From Macrostomum lignano (taxonomy: Eukaryota): a stretch of DNA of 64,000 nucleotides. Location of the stretch: assembly GCA_002269645.1 (NCBI GenBank), contig NIVC01001135.1:124001-188000 (forward strand), written 5' to 3'. Under the pieces are notes generated by a model. The model was not told the DNA's origin. It made no database searches and saw only the letters and a list, made by a program, of their open reading frames with translations. The position numbers and the translations under genes were made by a program. Shown here piece after piece: positions 13,601-24,200 of the stretch; positions within the stretch are counted from its first letter, which is position 1, and every line of letters starts with the position of its first letter.

Positions 13601-14008
13601 ACTGGAAAATGGGCCATTTTTGCATACCAACTATATGCTAATATTGAACCCAAAATTATATACACTAAGATTCTTAGTTAAAGGCAAAAATATGCCAGTA
13701 TTGCTGTATTTTCCAACAAAGTTACTTTCCATTGTACTTAATGGTTCTATAGGACCATGATATGTACTATACCACCTTGACTATAATGTATTAATATTAA
13801 ACTATGCTGACAAATCTTTCCAATGCTATTGCCTCTTATTCTGTAGAAAGCTTTTGAATCTTGCATCTTTGGTTCCCATCTCACTGCCTCAACCCTGCAG
13901 GTTATTAAAAATCCAATTAGTTTGGGCATTTATTTTTTTTATTATTACCTAAACTAACTATAGTAATGTTTACAGATATATCTATCTTTAATATTCTATC
14001 TAAATATC

Positions 14009-14071
14009 ATGATGATAAAATTCTTAACCTGAACTACAAAAACAGTGATGGTTCAAGCTCAACAGGACTGA
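14009..14071 (+). ncRNA. C/D-box snoRNA (upstream copy), predicted 28S rRNA 2'-O-methylation guide
   Basis: C box ATGATGA 14009-15, D' CTGA 14029-32, C'-like GTGATGG 14045-51, D box CTGA 14068-71. Guide TCAAGCTCAACAGG (14053-66) is complementary to conserved 28S CCUGUUGAGCUUGA. Confidence 0.78.
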
Positions 14072-14179
14072 GAATCTATTCAATTTGTTAACTATCAATT
14101 CATTTTAAAACCAAACAAGTTGTTACTGCAAACGCCGCATCTTCTATTTAATAATTCATGCTGATCGAGTTAGCCAATC

Positions 14180-15195
14180 ATGTCTGGTCGTGCCGGTGGT
14201 AAAGCTGCCAGAAAATCTACTGGAAAGCAGCAGAAAAGCAAATCGTCTCGCGCCGGACTAGTTATGCCGGTTGCTAGGGTTCATCGCTACCTGAAACTCG
14301 GTCGCTACGGTAAGAAAGTTAGCGTCGGCGCCAGCGTCTACCTTGCCGCCGTCATGGAGTACCTGGTTGCGGAGGTCAACGAACTAAGCGGTAAGAGCTC
14401 TACTCAAGCCGTAGAATGTGTACACGGTAATATGATATAATAATTTTGCATATCATATTAGTTTAGAATGAATGATTGCTACTAAGGGGAATCAGCGTAG
14501 CTCTCTACTTTTATTAGAGTCAGGGGACCTGTGTGCACCCTGGCGCACTTTAAGCGACACTTAAGGTCACAACCGGCGAGATGCGTTGCTGCCCATTCCA
14601 CCGACTCCCCTGAGCAGGCACACAAGCGCGCGGATGCGTACGCACTTATATTTAGGCATGAACACTTCACTGTGCCCTGGTTGTGGGCCTCAAGGCCGCG
14701 TTAATTGCGCAAGCAGAGCCAAGCCGAGATTCCAATTTAGCTCCAAAATTATTGTGATTGCACTTGGAATCCAGCCGCTTAGCAGAGTAGCTTCATTACC
14801 CCAGCCCAGTGAACTATTACTAGTAACTCTATGATGATAAAATTCTAAATCACGGACCTAAGCTCATGACGGTTCAAGCTCAACAGGACTGAAAAAAATG
14901 CATTCTTTTTCTCCCATGCGCCAATGGTGCTACTTATCAGTAGCAAGTCAAGCTTAGATTTGTTCTCCCCCCGCTCCGCACAAAACGCCAACATGCAGGC
15001 AACGCTGCCAGGGCTAACAAGAGGAAGACCGTCACGCCCAGGCACATCATGCTAGGCGTGCGCAACGACGCCGAACTGAACGAACTGTTGAAGCACGTGC
15101 ACATCAGCTTTGGCGGCGTGCTGCCCTCTATCCATCCTGTGTTGCTGAAGAAGAAGGGCAGCTTGCCGGCTGTGCCGCAGGGCAAGAGTGGCTAA
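14180..15195 (+). CDS. H2A: Divergent intron-containing histone H2A variant, 135 aa (exons 14180-14390, 14999-15195)
   Basis: [20 protein letters not shown]...[19 protein letters not shown]|[30 protein letters not shown]...[15 protein letters not shown]. Phase-1 GTAAG..CAG intron restores the frame. No histone stem-loop seen after the stop. Confidence 0.95.
14486..14802 (+). ncRNA. Candidate structured RNA of unknown class in the H2A intron
   Basis: GC-richer island whose ends can pair, with several internal helices including a possible pseudoknot. No diagnostic family motif. Confidence 0.3.
14831..14892 (+). ncRNA. C/D-box snoRNA (intronic copy) with the same 28S guide
   Basis: C box ATGATGA 14831-37, C'-like ATGACGG 14866-72, guide TCAAGCTCAACAGG 14874-87, D box CTGA 14889-92. 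Lies 106 nt upstream of the 3' splice site. Confidence 0.83.
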
Positions 15196-17487
15196 GGCCC
15201 GAATCCCCGGGTTTTCTTTGACTAAATTAACTCATTAATTACAGCGTGGCAGCAGGGCAAAATTATTGCTAAATAGCTACATTTTTCATACTAAAAGTTT
15301 GGCCGTTTTTTAATCAAGTAATTTTTTATTATTTAGCCAATCTGTCAAATTGAACTGTTTTGTATAAATTTGTTTTTCTCTTTTCAACTGTCAAGTTATG
15401 CTGATATACCTTAAGCCATAGTTGATTAGTACAAATGTAACTGTAAAAGTTGATTGCTGATTAGCTCTCTTAAAATTATGCGATTTTGTCATCGCGGCAC
15501 TTATTTCTGTTCTGTTCCCCGTTTTTAGCGCAGTCGGTCATCTCTGTTGTAAAAATTCATTCAATACGCATCATCTGTTGCTGTCAGTCTCCATTTCTCT
15601 ACATCCTGCACTGCCCTTGTCTAACTATCTAGCCCGCATCATACTACTAGCAATGAGTAATGCTAGAGCGTTGAAAAGTAAAAAAATACACTACTATATC
15701 AAATATAATTTCTCAACTTAGCGGTGTTAAATATACACGTTTATTAAATGATGTTGTGTTATTGCTGTTTTCTTCATTGTCTCTCTTGAAGTGCGCAGGT
15801 GTGTTGTGGAAACCTGAAATGATGGGGAATTGAAAAGTTTGTTATTGGTATTGCATTACGACTGGGAATCTCCTATATTATGTATTGTTGACTGGCCGAT
15901 TTAATCCGATAGCGTTTGAGCGGGGAAGGTGCAATACGATTTTAGGCGCTTTTTTATTGCGCAATTTGCAACAATTGAGATTAAATATTGCTATTGCAGT
16001 CTTCGCATGTCACCTGCTCGCCCAGCGCTACCGGATCTGTTTTGGTCTGTCAGGCTGGCTATAGTGGAGTAACTCTAATAAGCCGCTGTAATAGTCAAGC
16101 TGAAGCTCCGAGCTCTTTGAGTTTAGCTCTGGGCTCAGCTTGGTCCTACTTATAGGGTTCCTCACGGCGGGCGGCTGTGTGCGTGGCCAGTGCTGTGCAG
16201 TTTGGGGGGGTTGCGACCGTCGCCTGACCCTCACCGCCTCATTGTTGGGTCTTGGAGTTCTTCGGGGGGAGAGAGGGAGGGTTATGACAGCGGGCTGGGG
16301 CTGGGTCAGAACAATGCAGTGCTCGCTATTATGGCTGCAGGCGATCAGGACTGCATTTTTCTTCTCCGAGTGAGGCAAGCAGACGCGCCTGGCTGAGCAC
16401 GTCTGAGTGGTGTGGAGGGGCTGCTTTTGCTGTTGCAGCTGCGTGCCGCCTTAGCGGACCCGCCCAGCCCTGCACCCTCAGGCTAAACACGGGCAGCTCA
16501 CACACTGTTAGCTGCTTTGTGCTTCTCTCCGTGTGCTCAGGCATTCTCCAAGAGCTCAAGATTTTTAAGAATGAGATGGAAGGCATATGCACACCGGCGC
16601 CGGAGCACCTGGTTGAAGAAGATTTGACTTGAATAGCCACCGCGTGCAGGCATTGCTTTATAATAATAGTTCAGCAGCCTTTATGGGCATTATTTGTATT
16701 AGTTTATTATATAGGTGAGTCGAATATTTCAGTCACATCAACAGGGGAGGGGGGTTTTAAAGTAGCATGTGGTTGCAGTGAGCTTCATTTTTGGCCTATT
16801 GTGTTGATTATAAGCTGGCAATTGTGTGGCATATAGTGAGCATATATTAATACTATTCATCCCTCACTCTGCGAATGCAAGCGCGTGCTGCAATTTTCGA
16901 ATATCAAACTAAAAACTTTGTTGAGCTGCATTCATCTACAAGCAGCTCTCTTACCTCTATTTATTATTCAGCTGTATGGTTGAAAACAGTCCAAACTGCA
17001 GATGCAATACATATGTATATGCCATTCGCCACTCTCTGTCGCTCTGTTGGGTGCATTTGCAGTTTTATTCATGCCAATCCTGGCAATTGCAAGTGTTTTT
17101 GCTTTCAAAAAAAGTAAACAGCGGGACGATACCTCGTCACCCATTAGTGCAATACTTTTGGGCTACTATGCATTATCTATAGGCCTTTGAAAGTTGTGTC
17201 GACAACGGCAAATATGCGTCTTAATTGTACATAACATTTTATCTTATCACTTTTCAGTTTCACTCTTTTCCGCACACGCGTATAAACATGCACAAATCAG
17301 TCGCTCCTTAACACAGTCTCGATGGTCTCGCATTATTCCTAAATGTAAGACAAACATTTTTAAATTCGTGTATAATTATTGCAATCTCATTTTAATCGTC
17401 ATAAAAGATAGAGCATTGTATCATTTGCTTATACTTGGTGAGTTTACTGTCACCTTAGTGCATTGTTTGCTATCTTCTGTCAAGCAG

Positions 17488-18166
17488 ATTCAAGCACTGA
17501 GTGAGAGGATTGAGGCAGATTCATGCACTGAGTGAGAGGATTGAGGCAGATTCAAGCACTGAGGGAGAGGATTGAGGCAGATTCAAGCACTGAGTGAGAG
17601 GATTGAGGCAGATTCAAGCACTGAGTGAGAGGATTGAGGCAGATTCAAGCACTGAGTGAGAGGATTGAGGCAGATTCAAGCACTGAGTGAGAGGATTGAG
17701 GCAGATTCAAGCACTGAGTGAGAGGATTGAGGCAGATTCAAGCACTGAGTGAGAGGATTGAGGCAGATTCAAGCACTGAGGGAGCGGAGAGAGGCAGATT
17801 CAAGCACTGAGGGAGCGGAGAGAGGCAGATTCAAGCACTGAGGGAGCGGAGAGAGGCAGATTCAAGCACTGAGGGAGCGGAGAGAGGCAGATTCAAGCAC
17901 TGAGGGCGGAGAGAGGCAGATTCAAGCACTGAGGGCGGAGAGAGGCAGATTCAAGCACTGAGGGCGGAGAGAGGCAGATTCAAGCACTGAGGGCGGAGAG
18001 AGGCAGATTCAAGCACTGAGGGCGGAGAGAGGCAGATTCAAGCACTGAGGGCGGAGAGAGGCAGATTCAAGCACTGAGGGCGGAGAGAGGCAGATTCAAG
18101 CACTGAGGGCGGAGAGAGGCAGATTCAAGCACTGAGGGCGGAGAGAGGCAGATTCAAGCACTGAGG
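17488..18166. repeat. 31/29-bp minisatellite ending ~95 bp before the mannosidase ATG
   Basis: Unit aggcagattcaagcactgagtgagaggattg grading into aggcagattcaagcactgagggcggagag. Confidence 0.97.
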
Positions 18167-18261
18167 GAGAAAAAAAGAAAAAAAGAGATGTCTCTTTTGA
18201 TAATTTTTATATTTCACGACTTTGGACATTATTTCTCTATTCCCCGAAGAAGTGGCATCTA

Positions 18262-21200
18262 ATGAAGATGCACACTGCACTTCTGCCGTCGCTGCTGCTG
18301 CTGCTGCTGACAGCAGCTGAAGTGCCCGGAGCTGCAGCGACAAGCGCCAGCTGCGGCTACAACGGCTGTCCCGCTGCTGTGCCTCGCCGAGTGAACCTGC
18401 ACATTGTGCCGCACACTCACGACGATGTTGGCTGGCTGCGGACGGTGGACCAGTACTATTACTACAGAGTGCAGTTCATTCTGGACAATGTCATTCGCGA
18501 GCTGAGCCTCGATTCCAAGAGGAAATTCACTTATGTCGAGATGGCATTTTTTTATCGATGGTGGCGGGAGCAGAGTAATTCCACTAGGGACCAGGTGCGA
18601 ATTCACATTGACAGCAATGACAAGTTAAAGGTGCTAGATCTCGGGGTCAAGCTCAGGACCTCAGAAAAAACTGCCCCATGGATTATCGATTAGATGATGC
18701 AGGTTTTATTTCTGTTGGGTCTGTGACACATGAATGCCACGAATTGACTGCAGAACATAACCCTAATCCCTAACCCAACCCTAATCCCTAACCCAACCCT
18801 AATCTCTAACCCAACCCTGATCCCTAACCCAACCCTAATCCCTAACCCAACCCTGATCCCTAGCCCAACCCTAATCCCTAACCCAACCCTGATCCCTAAC
18901 CCAACCCTAATCCCTAACCCAACCCTGATCCCTAACCCAACCCTAATCCCTAACCCAACCCTGATCCCTAACCCAACCCTGATCCCTAACCCAACCCTAA
19001 TCCCTAACCCAACCCTAATCCCTAACCCAACCCTAATCCCTAACCCAACCCTAATCCCTAACCCAACCCTAATCCCTAACCCAACCCTAATCCCTTACCC
19101 ATATCTCCCAACCATAAACCCTAACCTTAACCTAACCTTAATCCTATCCTTAAACCCTTACTAACCCTAGTCCCTAAACCTTAAACCTTGCCTAATACAT
19201 GTACCTAACCCTAACCTAAACCCTATTAGATCAATCTGTCAAACTGTCGGCAGTCAATGAGTTGCCAATTAGTCAATTAGTTGCCAATTAGTCAATTAGT
19301 TGCCAATTAGTCAATTAGTTGCCAATTGCTCAATTAGTTGCCAATTGCTCAATTAGTTGCCAATTGCTCAATTAGTTGCCAATTTGTCATTTAGTTGCTC
19401 CCATTTCGATTGTTACTAAACTCACAAGAAAAAAATCAGCTGAAAGCCATCGTTCCTACTTAAAGTAGCAAAGTGAAGCGCAAAAAATGTTTTAAATTCG
19501 TCCACCTCGGTCAGGTCCGCCAACTGGTTGCCAACGGGCAGCTGCACTTCGCCCAGGGCGGCTGGTGCATGAACGACGAAGCCACCACGCACTACGCGGA
19601 CATTGTGGACCAGCAGACCCTGGGGATGCGCTTCTTGAATGACACGTTCGGCGACTGCGCCAGGCCGAGAGTCGGCTGGCAAATTGATCCGTTCGGCCAC
19701 AGCAAAGAGTTCGCCGCCCTGCTAGCTCAGATGGGGCTGGACGCCTTCTACTTTGCTCGGATTCACTTCCTGGATGAAGTGCAGAGAGTGATAACGAGGA
19801 GAATGCAGTTTGTGAGTCATTGGACTGGATGACTCGTCCGTGTGCAGCAGGGGTGAGAGTGTGCAGCAGGGGAGAGAGTGTGCAACAGTGGTAGGGAGAG
19901 TGTGCAGCAGTGGTAGGGAGAGAGTAAACAGGCGATGGGCTGGTGTGTAACACAGGTGATGGGCTGGTGTGTAACACAGGTGATGGGCTGGTGTGTAACA
20001 CAGGTGATGGGCTGGTGTGTAACACAGGTGATGGGCTGGTGTGTAACACAGGTGATGGGCTGGTGTGTAACACAGGTGATGGGCTGGTGTGTAACACAGG
20101 TGATGGGCTGGTGTGTAACACAGGTGATGGGCTGGTGTGTAACACAGGTGATGGGCTGGTGTGTAACACAGGTGATGGGCTGGTGTGTAACGCAGGTGAT
20201 GGGCTGGTGTGTAACACAGGTGATGGGCTGGTGTGTAACACAGGTGTTGGGCTGGTGTGTAACACAGGTGATGGGCTGGTGTGTAACACAGGTGATGGGC
20301 TGGTGTGTAACACAGGTGATGGGCTGGTGTGTAACACAGGTGATGGGCTGGTGTGTAACACAGGTGATGGGCTGGTTTGTAGCACAGGTGATGGGCTGGT
20401 TTGTAGCACAGGTGATGGGCTGGTTTGTAGCACAGGTGATGGGCTGGTGTGTAACACAGGTGATGGGCTGGTGTGTAACACAGGTGATGGGCTGGTGTGT
20501 AACACAGGTGATGGGCTGGTGTGTAACACAGGTGATGGGCTGGTGCGTAACACAGGTGATGGGCTGGTGTGTAACACAGGTGATGGGCTGGTGTGTAACA
20601 CAGGTGATGGGCTGGTGTGTAACACAGGTGATGGGCTGGTGTGTAACACAGGTGATGGGCTGGTGTGTAACACAGGTGATGGGCTGGTGTGTATATCATC
20701 GCCGCGCCTCTCGCGAAGGTTTGGCACGCCAGTCGGGACCTCGGCAGCCCTTCGGCTGACATCTTTGCCGGCGACTTCGTGTCGGGCTACTGCTACCCGC
20801 CCGGCACCAACTACGAAGGCGGCGACCAGCCGGTGCAGGACGACCCTCAACTGCACGACTTCAACGTGGCCGAGGCCGTCAGGAAGTTCATCGTGCAGGT
20901 GGACCTCCTCCGGCTGGCTCATCGCACCAGCCACTTGCTGCTCACCATGGGCTGCGACTTTGCCTACGAGAATGCCAGGAAGAATTTCAAGATAATTGAC
21001 AAACTGATTGCGGCTGTGAACGCCAACACCAGCCAGCACAACCTGACCGCCTACTACAGCTCGCCCGACTGCTACACCAAGGCTGTGAACGATGAGGGCC
21101 TCGCCTACGCCGTGAAGACTGGCGACTTTTTTCCCTACGCGTCCGGGCCGAACTCCTACTGGACCGGATTCTACAGCAGCCGGCCGGCTTTGAAGCGGCT

Positions 21201-24200
21201 GGTCAGGTGGGCGTCCGGCCACCTGCAGGCGGTCAAGCAGCTGGCGGCGGTTGGACCGGCCGTGCTCGGCGACGCCTCGGAGAGGCTGGACCGCCTGCGG
21301 CAGGCGCAGGGGGTGGCGCAGCATCACGATGCAGTGGCTGGTGAGAAACGAGGAGTCTGTGAGGTGTTAGAGGAGTCTGTGAGGTGTTAGAAGAGGCTGT
21401 GAGGTGTTAGAAGAGGCTGTGAGGTGTTAGAAGAGGCTGTGAGGTATTAGAGGAGGCTGTGAGGTGTTAGAGGAGGCTGTGAGGTGTTAGAAGAGGCTGT
21501 GAGGTATTAGAGGAGGCTGTGAGGTGTTAGAGGAGGCTGTGAGGTGTAAGAGGAGGCTTTGGGGTGTTAGAGGAGGCTGTGAGGTGTTAGAGGAGGCTGT
21601 GAGGTGTTAGAAGAGGCTGTGAGGTGTTAGAAGAGGCTGTGAGGTGTTAGAGGAGGCTGTGAGGTGTTAGAGGAGGCTGTGAGGTGTTAGAGGAGGCTGT
21701 GAGGTGTTAGAAGAGGCTGTGAGGTATTAGAGGAGGCTGTGAGGTGTTAGAGGAGGCTGTGAGGTGTAAGAGGAGGCTTTGGGGTGTTAGAGGAGGCTGT
21801 GAGGTGTTAGAGGAGGCTGTGAGGTGTTAGAGGAGGCTGTGAGGTGTTAGAGGAGGCTGTGAGGTGTTAGAGAAGGCTGTGAGGTGTTAGAGGAGGCTGT
21901 GAGGTGTTAGAGGAGGCTGTGAGGTATTAGAGAAGGCTGTGAGGTGTTAGAAGAGGCTGTGAGGTATTAGAGGAGGCTGTGAGGTGTTAGGGGAGGCTGT
22001 GAGGTGTAAGAGGAGGCTTTGGGGTGTTAGAGAAGGCTGTGAGGTGTTAGAGGAGGCTGTGAGGTGTTAGAGGAGGCTGTGAGGTGTTAGAGGAGGCTGT
22101 GAGGTGTTAGAGGAGGCTGTGAGGTGTTAGAGGAGGCTGTGAGGTGTTAGAAGAGGCTGTCAGGTATTAGAGGAGGCTGTGAGGTGTTAGAGGAGGCTGT
22201 GAGGTGTAAGAGGAGGCTTTGGGGTGTTAGAGGAGGCTGTGAGGTGTTAGAGGAGGCTGTGAGGTGTTAGAGGAGGCTGTGAGGTGTTAGAGGAGGCTGT
22301 GAGGTGTTAGAGAAGGCTGTGAGGTGTTAGAGGAGGCTGTGAGGTGTTAGAGGAGGCTGTGAGGTATTAGAGAAGGCTGTGAGGTGTTAGAAGAGGCTGT
22401 GAGGTATTAGAGGAGGCTGTGAGGTGTTAGGGGAGGCTGTGAGGTGTAAGAGGAGGCTTTGGGGTGTTAGAGAAGGCTGTGAGGTGTTAGAGGAGGCTGT
22501 GAGGTGTTAGAGGAGGCTGTGAGGTGTTAGAGGAGGCTGTGAGGTGTTAGAGGAGGCTGTGAGGTGTTAGAGGAGGCTGTGAGGTGTTAGAAGAGGCTGT
22601 CAGGTATTAGAGGAGGCTGTGAGGTGTTAGAGGAGGCTGTGAGGTGTAAGAGGAGGCTTTGGGGTGTTAGAGGAGGCTGTGAAGTGTTAGAGGAGGCTGT
22701 GAGGTGTTAGAGGAGGCTGTGAGGTGTTAGAGGAGGCTGTGAGGTGTTAGAGAAGGCTGTGAGGTGTTAGAGGAGGCTGTGAGGTGTTAGAGGAGGCTGT
22801 GAGGTGTTAGAGAAGGCTGTGAGTTTTTAGAAGAGGCTGTGAGGTATTAGAGGAGGCTGTGAGGTGTTAGGGGAGGCTGTGAGGTGTAAGAGGAGGCTTT
22901 GGGGTGTTAGAGAAGGCTGTGAGGTGTTAGAGGAGGCTGTGAGGTGTTAGAGGAGGCTGTGAGGTGTTAGAGGAGGCTGTGAGGTGTTAGAGGAGGCTGT
23001 GAGGTGTTAGAGGAGGCTGTGAGGTGTTAGAGGAGGCTGTGAGGTGTTAGAGGAGGCTGTGAGGTGTTAGAGGAGGCTGTAAGGTGTTAAAGGATGCTGT
23101 GAGGTGTTAGAGGAGGCTGTGAGGTGTTAGAGGAGGCTGTAAGGTGTTAGAGGAGGTGTAAGGCGTATGAGGAGATGTGGGGTGCGAACCAGGCAGTGGA
23201 CGCTGACGGAGGCTGCACGCTGCCTTCAAGATCGGCCACAAGCGAGTCTCCAACGCGGTACTCTATCGCCGCGCCGGTCTGGTCCGTCCAAGCGACCTGT
23301 TGCGCCGTCAGCGACTCCTTCAGTTTGCAGCCGTACCTGGCCCTGTGACGCTGACTGACTTCTTAAGACCCTGACAGCCTACGAGCGTATTTTTGTGCCA
23401 ATGTCAAGCAGAGGTTCCAATGTCAAGCAGAGGTTCCAATGTCAAGCAGAGGTTCCAATGTCAAGCAGAGGTTCCAATGTCAAGCAGAGGTGCCAATGTC
23501 AAGCAAAGGTTCCAATGTCAAGCAGAGGTCCCAATGTCAAGCAGAGGTTCCAATGTCAAGCAGAGGTTCCAATATCAAGCAGAGGTTCCAATGTCAAGCA
23601 GAGGTTCCAATGTCAAGCAGAGGCTCCAATGTCAAGCAGAGGCTCCAATGTAAAGCAGAGGTTCCAATGTCAAGCAGAGGTTCCAATGTCAAGCAGAGGT
23701 TCCAATGTCAAGCAGAGGTTCCAATGTCAAGCAGAGGTTCCAATGTCAAGCAGAGGTTCCAATGTCAAGCAGAGGTTCCAATATCAAGCAGAGGTTCCAA
23801 TGTCAAGCAGAGGTTCCAATGTCAAGCAGAGGCTCCAATGTCAAGCAGAGGTTCCAATGTCAAGCAGAGGTTCCAATGTCAAGCAGAGGTTCCAATGTCA
23901 AACAGAGGTGCCAATGTCAATGAGGGATGTCAATGTCACGGAGAATGTAGGGTCCTAGTGAAATCAAGAAGGTTCTAGAAAATAGAATTCTCCAGTGTGC
24001 TTTCCCCAATCAGAAGCATACCAATGCCTTCGCCCCCTGCAGGCACCGAGAAGCAGGCGGTCGCCTTTGACTACGCCCTGCGCCTGTCGGACGGCATCGC
24101 GTCAAGCGACCCGCTCTGGCAGGCCCGCCTGGCCCAGCTGCAGTTCGGCAACCTCAGCCAGCGGGACGCCCTGCGCGCCTGCGAGCTGCTGAACGCGTCC

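Noticed and set aside
12900-13930. Decayed transposase within the CpG-free tract
   Set aside because: All frames are riddled with stops and no catalytic motif could be aligned convincingly.
14486-14802. Assignment as RNase P/MRP, SRP, telomerase RNA, HDV ribozyme or group I intron
   Set aside because: No GGAAnnUCnG or GAAAGUCCCC in the right place, no SRP helix 8 motif, no CUAACCCU template, no matching P1 for the GCG-N7-CGC hairpin, no R/S elements.
14180-15195. Assignment as macroH2A, H2A.X or H2A.Z
   Set aside because: Stop at 135 aa with no macro domain; no SQ(E/D) tail; lacks H2A.Z-specific motifs.
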